Origin: Harriotta raleighana
Lineage: Eukaryota
Assembly: GCA_050575255.1 (NCBI GenBank)
Contig: JBNZDD010013604.1
Location: forward strand, 330,310-394,309
Reading direction: 5' to 3'
DNA length: 64,000 nucleotides
The notes beneath the pieces were generated by a model, which worked only from the letters and a program-made list of their open reading frames with translations, did not search any database and was not told the DNA's origin. Positions 1 through 10,872 of the stretch are shown here, piece after piece; the first letter of the stretch is position 1; every line of letters begins with the position of its first letter. The position numbers and the translations under genes are program-made.

Positions 1-289
1 TAACAGCAGGTTTGTACAGGGCATGTGCATGCATCTGTACGTTTGTAACTAGGTGGAAATTGAGCCGATTTCACTCTGTGAGCATTTTTGTAGTTTACAA
101 ACAGTGGGTTGATTTAATTTGAGATCTTGGAGATAACATTGGAAAGCTTTGTAAGAATAAACTGATTTAATCTATCTGAGCTAATTGAATTACACCAGGA
201 ACCAAAGTGAAATATACTGGCTTAAATTTACAACTTGCACTTATATAATGCCCTCCATGCAGTGTAGTGTCGCTTAACAGTGACGGAGC

Positions 290-530
290 CATTGGAGGAG
301 AGCAAGGTGGCCATTAGGAAGCTCAAAAGAGGAATGTTTTCAGGAGGGACTTGAAAAAGGGGAGATTGGGGGCAAAGCGGAGGGATTGAGGGAGAGTGTT
401 AAAGAGTTTGGAGTGTAGTGGGTGAAAGCACAACCCTGATGATAAGGGTGGGGTAGGGTGTGAGGGATGAGCAGGAGGCCAGCAGCAGTCAAGTGGAGGT
501 GCAGTCAATAATGGAGAGTCTATCCAGATC
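290..530 (-). mobile_element. L2 LINE 3' fragment, degraded
   Basis: Purine-rich on +. The minus strand reads ...LFNTLPQSLRFAPNLPFFKSLLKTFLF, the typical L2 ORF2 C-terminus. Confidence 0.75.
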
Positions 531-684
531 CAATTCACTTGATTATTGACTGGTATGGAGTATAATTTTCAGTAATGTAATAATTATCACTGTGAACAAA
601 ATACAACTGATGTATCAACAACTGGACCCTGATATTTGTCAGCATCTTGTGAACTCCTCAATAGCAATGTCACGTAGAATTGAC

Positions 685-1120
685 TTATTTGGTGGCATTC
701 TCACCGAGTCAGAAGTTTGTGTGTTCAAACCCCACATTAGGATTTAGACTGACACTTGAATGTGGTGCTGGAGGCTTGGTGCGTTGCTGGATGTGCTGTC
801 CTTTAGATCAGAAGTTAAAACTGAAGCTCTATCTGCCTGTTCAGGTGGACATTAAAGACATGGTATTATTTGAAAAGAAAATGGAGTTTCTCATGGTAAC
901 CTAGCCACAGTCGTCGTCGTCATCGTCTGTCCCCCCCCCCGGATAAAATTGGTCACTTACTTCATGGCCGTTTGGGGACAATATGCTGTGTGTAAATTTG
1001 AAATCGCATTTATCAAAAGAATATACAGTCACAACACTTCATTGTAAAATTGTTGAAGCACTTTTAGATGTCCATCAGATGTAAAAGGCTCTATGTATGG
1101 ATTACTTATTTATTATTACT
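685..1120 (+). mobile_element. Near full-length DeuSINE (SacSINE1/AmnSINE1-like), old
   Basis: tRNA-like head (gagtcagaagtttgtgtgttcaaacccc), Deu-like core (gtgctgtcctttagatcagaagttaaaactga...tcaggtggacattaaaga), 3' block ggggacaatatgctgtgtgtaaattt, L2-like tail and (TAT)n end. Confidence 0.75.
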
Positions 1121-1134
1121 TAGATTTATACTTA

Positions 1135-1195
1135 AACACCTTGGGACGTTCTCCTGACGTGAAAGGCCGTATACAAGTGTAATTTTGTTGTTATT
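1135..1195 (+). mobile_element. L2 3' tail only
   Basis: ccttgggacgttctcctgacgtgaaaggcc...gtaattttgttgtt, the same tail as the L2 copy at 34735-35152. Confidence 0.7.
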
Positions 1196-1900
1196 AAACA
1201 TAAAAGGTTGCTGTATCACAAAAACACTTTATAACACATACCTTTGCAACTTTATTACCTTTGAGATTACTATTTCTGTCTATGGATTTACATACAAGAC
1301 AGTTTGGTGAGAGATTAAAATTTTTAAAATACCTTTAATTCACTCTATACTAGGCTTTCTTCATGCTGTCTCCTTAATGTAAAACGCTTTCACCTGAAGG
1401 TGCTTTTGTGCTATTATCTGGAGTTCTTCCAGGATAATTTGCTCCAGGTATCAGCTGGAATAACTTTAACTGGCCCCTTCACACTTCAGCAGACAGGATG
1501 GGACAAAGAGACCAAAGACCGGCAGTGTGTGTGTGTGCACAAATTGAATCCGTACATAGTCTGAATCCAGAGAATTGAGGGTTCCACACTAGCATAGTTT
1601 AACCCTGAGGGTTTCCACTGTAGACTTGATGCATTTGAGCAGGTCTGCATGGTATAACATCTCCAATGTGTTTGCATCCTTTGGGCTAACTGAAACCAGT
1701 CTGTCAACTTCTGGCTGGACTTTGCACTGCGTTGCAATAATGTTAAAGAATACATTGCCCATTCAGAGCAGTCACTCAGAACCAAAATAACATACCTAAA
1801 GAGGATCATTCATCAGTTTCATTCATTTCATGCCATCTTGTCTCTTTAAGGATGAAAAATGCAACCTGTAGGAGTAAAAACGTGCAGCGATTTGAAAAAG

Positions 1901-2002
1901 AGTTTGATGTGATAATTATCACCAGGTGTTAACTGTTGAACAACATAGCCACTCACAGTAACATGTGATTTAATTATGCTGGTGATGACTATCGCATTGA
2001 CT
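1901..2002. repeat. About 100-bp inverted-repeat element
   Basis: Left arm tgatgtgataattatcaccag versus reverse complement of right arm caatgcgatagtcatcaccag. Confidence 0.55.
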
Positions 2003-2239
2003 AAAATTGCTATTAAACCATTTGATAATTTTTTTCACTGCAATGTTAACTGAAGACTTCAGCGGCTGTCACTGTTGTTACTGAAGCTACTGGAGTCCAA
2101 CTCTGTTATTGCCAACTGTGGAACACTGTTTTTGGTGCCACTCAACCATACCCAAAGTCTGAGTTGGTGGTGGGGGAGGATCACACTCAACAGACAGTCA
2201 ATAATCCTAGACCAGAAATAGTCAATGATCTAATAGCAG

Positions 2240-2540
2240 TGTTCAAGTTCAAGTTCTGAAAGGCATTGACATGTTTAAATAATAAAAAAAATTCTATTGG
2301 TTGGTGAATGGGCGACAAGAACATATTAATCCAAAATTAGCAGAAGTATTTTATGCAAAGGTTTATTAGAATTTGAATGTGTTGCCTTTAGTGATAATTG
2401 AAGCTGATTCAATAATGAACTTAGATGAACATTTATAAATAAAGATATCAATGATTACAAGGGAAGAGCAAGGAAATTGGTTTCAAATAGAAAATTTCAT
2501 TGGGGAAGCTGTCATGGCGAATATATGTCAGACTCCTCTA
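2240..2540 (+). mobile_element. Highly degraded CR1 LINE 3' fragment
   Basis: Follows the same motif order as the CR1 at 2770-3327 (ttttatgcaaagg...gaatttgaatgtgttgcct...gaagctgattcaata...ttagatgaacattt). Confidence 0.5.
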
Positions 2541-2769
2541 TAAGTAAACAACATTTTTGTTGTTCTGACTCGAAAATTATATTGCAAAGATGAATGAAGA
2601 TAGCCAAAGAAGCACAAGTGTGTGGCTATTTATTTTAGTTATTTGCTCAGGTTTACACTTCTACATTGTAGCTGTTTTATAAAATGCTTCACTAAAGCAC
2701 AAATTCTCTCATAACTGTAGTCCTCCTTCGTTGTATATGCGCACAGTGTCCCCAAATCAAACAACTTAC

Positions 2770-3327
2770 TGAAACCTTTATAAAACACTGGTTAGGCCTC
2801 AGCTAGAGTTCTGTGTTGAGTTCTGAGCAGCACACTTTAGGAAGGATGTCAAGACATTAGAGAGGATGCAAAGGAGATTTACCAGTATGGTACCAGTAGT
2901 GAGAGACTTCAGTTATCAGGAGAGGCTAGAGAAGCAAGGATTATTCATCTTGGAGTAGAGGTTAAAAGGAGACTCAATAGAAATTTTCAAAATCATGAGG
3001 GGATTTGATAGGGTGAACAAGGAGAAACCATTTCCACTGGCGAGTGGGTCGGTAACTCATAGACATGGACTTAAAATAGTTGTTAAAAGAAGCAGAGTTG
3101 AGGAGAAATTTTTTCACACTTTTTTCGAGTGGTTCGGATCTGGAATGTATTGCCTGAAGCCGATTCAATAACAACTTTTAAGAGAGAAGTAGATGGTTAT
3201 CTGGGGAGGACAGGTTTGCAGGGCTATGGAAAGAGAGTGGGGGAATGGGATTGATTTGGACTTTTCAAAGAGCTGGCACAGACACAATGGGCTGAATGGC
3301 TTCCTTCTATACTGTATAATTCTATGA
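2770..3327 (+). mobile_element. CR1 LINE 3' end (ORF2 C-terminus plus 3'UTR), 5'-truncated
   Basis: Translates LYKTLVRPQLEFCVEF*AAHFRKDVKTLERMQRRFT..., later IEIFKIMRGFDRV. Ends gggctgaatggcttccttctatactgtataattctatga, the CR1 terminus. Confidence 0.92.
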
Positions 3328-4270
3328 AGCAACGCCGCATCCTGGCAGTCAGATTAACGTCCTCAGTCTCAGGGCTACAGAAAGCGACTCCTGCCAAGAC
3401 TCCAACCTGAGATGTTCAGTGTACAATGTTCTGTGGCACAAAAACAACTGCCCACCCTGAGTACATTATGACATTTAAAATAAAACACATAAAGGTTCCA
3501 TAAGACGTTTAGAATATAGAGTCCCCACAATTAGCCACCACCATACAATGTCTGCTAAATAGCTGTTAACTTTGTAATCAGAAAGTAGGGCAGAAGCAAA
3601 AGTCAATACATCATTTTAAAGGATGCACTTTTGACCTTTTTATAGGTAATTTGCTGCATCAACGTTTTCCCCCTGCATTAAATGAGACTTTGCAGGTTGT
3701 ACTCTCATCTGTGCGACAGTGGTCAGCATTTACATTTGGTATTTTACACAGTTAATTTCTGGTCTGAAGGGCCAGTGGGATTTACACTGAAGTGCTACAT
3801 ATGAGAGGCTGAGTATTGATCAGTTAACATTTCCTTTTTTTTGTATGCCATGAATTTAATGAGACTTCAAGACAAAAATGTCAGGGTATTCCAGGAGCAA
3901 CGATGATTAGCTTTACATTTACACTCTCTGGTTTGTTCAAATTAATAAGTAGTGAGTGGATTATCGAAAAAGACTTGCTTAGTGAGTAGTAGCAGAAATA
4001 GTCGTCTCTGCTACACAGGAGTGTACATCAAGGGTTTCAACCCTCTGCATGAAGAAGTTTCCTGATTATCTCTGTTAATAATCAAATGGCTATTTTTTTT
4101 TATTCCCCTTTAAATTTTTATATCTTCTCTCTTTGCTGCTGACGTATTCTTTCTGTCAGTTGCCTAGTTTGGATCTTTGCCTTAACATACATTGACTGGA
4201 AGTACGAATGTTACTGGAGAATTTTATGTGCCAGACGAGGACATTTATGCTGAAACGTACCGGAATCTGA

Positions 4271-4474
4271 TTTGAGATATTCTCAAAAGAGCTAATTGTA
4301 GGTTCCGAAAGCTGCCAAAGCGCAAAAAGTGACTCGAGAGCCAAACGTCATCACATCTCAAATGTCCATTTTGCTCTCTAGCAGTTTCTGCACTTTGATG
4401 GCTTTTGGAAATTCACTGATCCTAACCTGATTGGTCAAAATACCACTTCCCACTCCTTTGCGAAATATCTCAAA
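4271..4474. repeat. Nested palindromic (fold-back) element
   Basis: Outer arms 4271-4291 and 4453-4474; inner arms 4303-4345 and 4369-4410 (see findings). Confidence 0.7.
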
Positions 4475-4522
4475 CTAGACCACACTATCGTGATATTACC
4501 ATGATATAATATAGTGTATTTC

Positions 4523-4603
4523 AGGCGCCTTGGGACATCCTCCTGACGTGAAAAGAACTTTACAAATGTAATTTTGTTGTTGTTGTAATTTTGTTGTTGT
4601 TGT
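4523..4603 (+). mobile_element. L2 3' tail with duplicated (GTT)n end
   Basis: ggcgccttgggacatcctcctgacgtgaaaag, then gtaattttgttgttgtt twice. Confidence 0.7.
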
Positions 4604-4671
4604 CAGCCTTGAAACGAGATAAGCAAAATTTTAAAAATAATTGAAAAAGTAAACCTAGAACAATATTCTCT

Positions 4672-4910
4672 GAACAACAAAAGCTTGCATTTGCATAGCG
4701 TCCTTCACATGGGGTAGTATCTCACTTGGAGCTTAACTGTTGCAGATCCTGATACTGAGCTGCAGAGTGCTGACCATATGCATGAAGAGGCAGGTCTTCA
4801 GGTGTGATCTGGCTAAGAGAAAGGAGGCTTTAAGGCAGAGGGATTGAGGGAGAGAGTTCTGAAATTTTGGGGTATACTGGCTGAAAGCCCAGCCACCGAT
4901 GGTGGAGCAC
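4672..4910 (-). mobile_element. L2 LINE 3' fragment
   Basis: aacaacaaaagcttgcatttgcatagcgtccttcac tail, then ggattgagggagagagttc...ggctgaaagcccagccaccgatggtgg (antisense TIGGWAFS). Confidence 0.75.
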
Positions 4911-7900
4911 CTTTTTGCAATAGAAAAAAGGTGCGATCAAGGTTGCAAAGGACAGACAATAAGTATTTCTTTATCTGAAGAAATTAACAATTAGTAAATG
5001 AGCCGAAAAAGTTTTGTGATTATGTGGTATACCAAAATGTTATACTTTTTAAACTTTTTTTTTACTTGGCTTAATTTTGCTTTATTTAAAGATTTTAAAT
5101 ATTACTAATCTAACTGTGGTTACTATTCTTCACGTTCATAATAAATCCATTCCTTGACGTTTTTGGATTTGGGATTGTATATTGTGTTGCAATGGAATGT
5201 CCTGTGTTGGTGTATGTCTTTTTCCAAATGTGGAATAGATGGGTTTTATGGCACAATGAAGGACAATGTACAATATTGGAGTAATGAGAAGCAGGCTTTG
5301 ATTTGCAATGGCACTGAGCCTATGCTATTATCTGCACTGCTGTGGGAGGAGATGTACTTCCTCAGATAAAGGGAGGAAAACTTTTCAAGGGTGTTGCTCA
5401 TGGGCTGCTATCCAGCTCCAAGCAGCTTGGCTTCTGGCTCTTTTGCCTTTGAAATATGGTTTGTTGAGATCAAGGAAGTGGCAAATATTTTAAAATAAAA
5501 AAAGTCAGAAATCTTAATGAAAACATAAAATGTACAGGGAACTAATGAAATGTAATATTTGTTGGAACACACCCTCCAAAAAACTCACTGGAGTTGATAC
5601 GTTGTCTTTGAAACCAGTGAAGTCTTCTGCAAATCTGAATTTCCATGTTAAAAAATGTCGAGATCTGATCTGTGTTTTGAATCCAGGCCTTTAGTGCCTA
5701 TTGATTTCTTGATGTATATCATACTCAAAGGTACATAGTTATCATAAACTCAAGGAAGAGACATTTTGTGGAATGAAGCAGGATGCTCTTGGGTCCTAAC
5801 ATATAGATTCTTATTTCACTTTACACTTCAGATATTTTCCTTTGGGAGGCTAGGGACTATGTTAACCACACCATGCCCCAGGCAGAAAGCAGTTAAATCT
5901 ACTCTAGAGCTTCGTTAGAGAAGAAATACCAAAGGCAAAATTTATTTCAGGTTTTGTTTTTTTATTTCTATAAAATATTAACGGTGGAGTCTTTTGGAAA
6001 CTGAAAAAATACGAAACTGCCCTTGTTCTGATATTAACCTTTTACCCAGATGTTTATAATATATACAAGGTACATTATGGTGTCTTTTATGACAGTATTT
6101 CTATGCTTTCAGCCCTGAAACTTCCTTTTAGATTTCCATTAGTGTAGATCCTTTTTAATTCCGATTTGAGTCATTTCAAACCAATTTGCACAGGCATTGG
6201 AGAGCTCTGTTCCAGCCCACCCATTTGTGACATGCCTACATGTAAACATAGGATTACAGAAATCACAGGCCATTAATATAAAGTGTTTTTTTTCTTTAAA
6301 AGAAAATGTATTATTTTGATTTTATTAATGGCTTGTTTTTGTGCCATTCACTGAAATGCAGCTTCCCAAATCTCTGCATTTCTATATCAGTTTCTCAAAT
6401 GTCACTGTGGAAACAATTTTTTTTCAGCATGAAGAAATTAAACTGCAGAATGTTTGTCTGTTATTGATGTGTTAGCTGTAATAGTGTTGTAATTAGCTCC
6501 TGGTTGGCAGGCAGTCGAAATGTTGCTTTGAGGTCTGAATGTTAATAAACTGCATTAAAAAGTATATATATGGTCATGTACAAAATAGGACATTTCCACA
6601 GAGACTGATGATCCAAATGGAAGCCTAGAGCTCTCACAGGCAGAACAACTCTTTGAAGCAACATTGAACTTAACCCTTTAAGGACTACGTGTCAACTGTG
6701 GAGAACCAACTACGTTTTCTCTTCATCTTGATCAGCAAAAAATTATTTAGAAAAAATAGTTAATGCCTATGAAAGGCTAATAGGAGAAGCCCTCTGGTTT
6801 ATAGTGCAAGATGCGGGGATATTAAAATATTAATGTTGTGAGATTTCAGAAAACAGTACAGAGTTACTTAGAAGATCATAACATGACTTTTATAATCGGG
6901 AGAAATACAGTAACTAATCTACTATTACAGGAATTTATTAATGCTGTATTTTGAATAGAAATGCAATCTTGTTTGTCTAAAGAGCTTCCATATTATAAAC
7001 CTGAACCATTTTCAATTGATATATCTCATTGATGACAGGGCATTACAATGGAGGAGAAAACAGGTGATACCATGGGGTTTACAGATCACAGTACATAAAG
7101 TCTTATGATCACTTGGTAAGAAGAGCTGTTGTGTTTTTCCCTGTCAGTCCAGGGGGAATTCTGATAAGAACATTGCTGACTGAGAGAGATGTTTCACTAT
7201 CGTTACATCCTTGTTGCAGTCCTCAGTGTGTGAAAAATGTGTAATTTGCTGGAAGCAATGATCCAGCAAAAAGGAGCACAAACCTAGTCTCTTGCCTAGT
7301 ACTGTACTGTTATAGTAATGGTACTGTATCCCCATCAGAACATGGATCCCCAGCCCACTGTAACATGCATTATTTGTGCTTAGGATTTTAGCTCTTAAGT
7401 ATTCTAGTGACACGGTGAGTGTAATATTGGTGTGAATTGTGAGACCCAAAGAGGGAAATTCTTGTCGGGAAAATACAAATTTCAAACCAATTGGTCAGAG
7501 AAGGAAGTGGGGAATTGAGGGGCAATGGAATTTACCAAATACTGTATTACTGGTCAGATTGAGTGAAATACGTGTTGCAGTTGAAATCTTTATTCTGCCA
7601 GCCGGAGGAATAACTTTGTGACAGGATTCTGGCGCTTCTGTTTGTGGATAATATTGTGCTGCTGTCGGACTCTTCTGTTCTGCTCCCGCCATCTTGAACA
7701 CTGAACCAACCAGTGGGACATGGTGGTAGGTGCCCCCAAGTGCGGAATCATGGTCCTGGATGGCCTAAGGGAAGACATTGAGAGAATTGATTGGAAGATA
7801 CAAGGGGCTTTAGTCCCAATTATTGACGTCAATGGGATTGACTCAGGATTCTAGTGGACACCATTTTCAGCCTGGACACTGCCCTGAAAGACTGCACTGA

Positions 7901-8712
7901 GAAGGGGTAAAGGGCACTCTGGCTGTTCTCATTCCTCTTCATCATGACAGCAAAGTCCCAATGCAGGTCAAGCGTATGGCTACAAGACCTGTGTGTAAAC
8001 AGTTCTCCTTTATATCTCTTGAGCTCTTGGGATACAGTGGAGAGGCTTCCTCCGACCCATCGCAAAGTCCAAGATATCAAACATCACATTTTTCAACTCA
8101 TTCTAACAACAGAAAATGAGCCTCAAAGTTAAAACTGAATTGAACAGATTCCCCAATTCTAGACACTGTATAATATGAAGCGTAAAATAGAGCAGATCTA
8201 CACTTGGGTGGAACTTCTATCCCCTGTTGCCATATATTTTGTCACTCAATTATGGGAGTGATGTATAGGAGGGTGGTAATCAATCTGACTAAACTGATAT
8301 TCATCCACAGAAAATGTAGTTGCTGATGGCTGAGAGTCAATCTTTAGACTGTGTGTTTTCACTCACTGTCTTGAGTCAGCTGCGATACACACGTAAACTT
8401 GCATAAGTCATATCATTAAGGACCATGTCATTTAATATGACTTATACAAAATCTGAATTATAAATCAGATTTTATTTGTTTCACCCCACAACATGTACAT
8501 CTGTATAATGTACAATGTTGCCATATGCAGAAAATATGCACAATGAAAGGCATGAACTCTTAGAAAGAACTATTAACATTGTAATTGAATTATTTCAAGT
8601 ATTGAAATTTACCGAGCTGCACTGTTCCAAACAATTGTAGTACTTTGTCAATGAAGCCAGGAAATAGGGTTTGGTGATACGAGTTAGGACATTATTTCCA
8701 TTAGGATTTACA

Positions 8713-8870
8713 TTCCATCCCACAGTCCCTTCGCCTCGCTCCCTCTCTCACCTCCTTCAACGCCGCTTTCAAGATCCTCCTCTTCGATCGTGCCTTCTGC
8801 AGCCCTCCCAACTCTCTCCCCTCGTAACTCTCTTCCGCCCCTCACTCCTACCCTTCCCCTCTCTCTCATG
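8713..8870 (+). mobile_element. L2 LINE 3' fragment
   Basis: Translates SIPQSLRLAPSLTSFNAAFKILLFDRAFC followed by a C-rich 3'UTR, similar to 53766-54183. Confidence 0.75.
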
Positions 8871-9105
8871 GGGGATCCAACCAGTAAGAAAGATTGGCAG
8901 CATGGATACAAATCAGGCTTCCTGCTCCAAATCATTCTATTGCTGGAAGTGATGTTGCACTATAATGCAGGTATTCTTCTGCATCAAAACCATGTTGATG
9001 CTTGAATTGAAAAAGCTTGTACAGTAAAACCCCTAATATACTCACACTACCTATCAGAAGATGTGCCTTGTGATGTAAAATATTTCCTGTACGTCACTCG
9101 AACTT

Positions 9106-9145
9106 GCACTGAGGACACAGCACTGAGGACACAGCACTGAGGACA
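9106..9145. repeat. Tandem repeat, 14-bp unit GCACTGAGGACACA, about 2.9 copies
   Basis: Read directly from the sequence. Confidence 0.9.
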
Positions 9146-10669
9146 ATTCTAGCCAGAGACGTCCTGTGAGGAGCTGGAGAAGATTCAATTATCCTGTAGA
9201 AAATGGCAGTTACCATCAAAACCCAGTTTTTATGCAGCAATATGTGTTTCACTGTTCCAACACTTATTCAGCTCCACCAGGTGCCAAAAAGAGAAAAGTG
9301 TTCCATTCTCCAGCACTGATACCCCTTACTTTGATGAGCAAACAAAGTCAGTAAAAGCTTTTGAATAATAAAGTCTACGAAGACTGTCAAAGCGTTGCTA
9401 TGAATGTTCAAATGAAAAATATGATGTGTGGTGTGATAATTATCACCATTGACAATTTAACGTTTCGGTACATTTTATTCCTGGAGATGTCTGAATTGAT
9501 AAACCGGCCCAGGGAAACTGCCAACAGCCCACCCCACTCCTCCTCTTCCCAGGATATTCAGTACTGGTATATTATCGAGGGAAGGGAATTTTATTTTATT
9601 GGTCTAATCAATGAAATTAAAGCTGCAGAATTAATTGATGCACAAATATCAGTGGAGTTACCTGAGCAGGTGGAGTGCTGTGATTGTACAAGAAGGATTA
9701 GAGCCACTGTTACCTACCACAGCTACTAAGCCAGTATTAAGGTCAAAAGCCCTTTTACCTTTGTACCTAAACACCTGAAAATGGAGCTCTGTTCCATTCC
9801 TCCTTGAGAGAACAGCCCCATTGTGGCAGCAAGTCGTGTTTGTTTCTGTGAGATTACGGCAGTTCTGAACCTGAAAAGAAGACAAGGCCACGATTCCTCA
9901 AGGGATCTTAAGCATTGCTGCTTTTTCAAGAAAACAAATTTGCTGTAACTTTATCTGGCATTTAGTATTGAATGGTTGCAGATAGACGCTGCAGTGTGCT
10001 CTTCGGGGAGAGAGAAAGAACACTTGTTCAGCATACTGAAGGGATACAGTGCCTTTATTACTCAGGACAAACTTGATCAAGGCAACATCTGAAAATGGAG
10101 CTGAAAAATGTTTGGTTGCAGCCTCAGCACCAAACACCTGTTTTAAATTTCAATAAATAAGCCTTTGTGAAAATTGTTACAAAAAATATTTGAGGCTGTG
10201 TTGTGGTATTACGATAGGCTGAAATTACTGTTTTCCTGAGGCTTAAACACAGTGTCAACGAGTCATGTCAGTTCTTTAAGACAGGGTCACGTCTCAAAGT
10301 AATGAATTCCCCATTACCACTTTTGTCCTTGAAGCCAAACTTTGTTTGACTTGACCTTAGTTAACTTGAAACAGTAATGAGTATAAATTCAGGCCTGTCT
10401 TAATCCTGCGCGCCTTGTAAAAACTAACAATTAAAATTCCTGACTTCATACTCAGCCTCAGCTGCTGAAAAGCACCAGTTAGTTGCCATCTGGTAGCAAG
10501 ATGGATTTTTGCACGGATAAGAGTTAAGTTCTTCTCTGGACACCTTATTGTAAGTGAATTGGGGAATTGGGTCTCCTCCTCCTCAACCAAGGAGGCAGTA
10601 ACAGGGCTTACGTACTCAAGGAGTTCTAAAATTCCTTTGTTTGTTGATTAGAGTGATATAACCTCAACA

Positions 10670-10872
10670 ACAATCCCCTAAATAAATAAAATGTAGTCTT
10701 TCAGTTCATTGCTGTTTGTGGGACACTGTTGTGGGCAAATTGACTGCCACCGTAGTCTACAAAATACAGTCATTATACTATACATTACACTTTCAGTAAA
10801 ATAATGTGAAGCACATTGAGATGTTATAGTGGCATGATGTGGCACTATATCAAAGATAAGAATTCTTACTAT
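10670..10872 (+). mobile_element. SINE 3' half (Deu-like block plus L2-like tail)
   Basis: gctgtttgtgggacactgttgtgggcaaattgactgcc...gtgaagcacattgagatg...gcactatatcaaa. Confidence 0.75.

Noticed and set aside
7420-7700. Possible large palindrome centred near 7543, with a YY1-like ccgccatctt
   Set aside because: Only short, inconsistently spaced arm matches that cannot be distinguished from chance by eye.
9106-9145. CRISPR-like repeat
   Set aside because: Contiguous 14-bp tandem units without spacers, in eukaryotic DNA.
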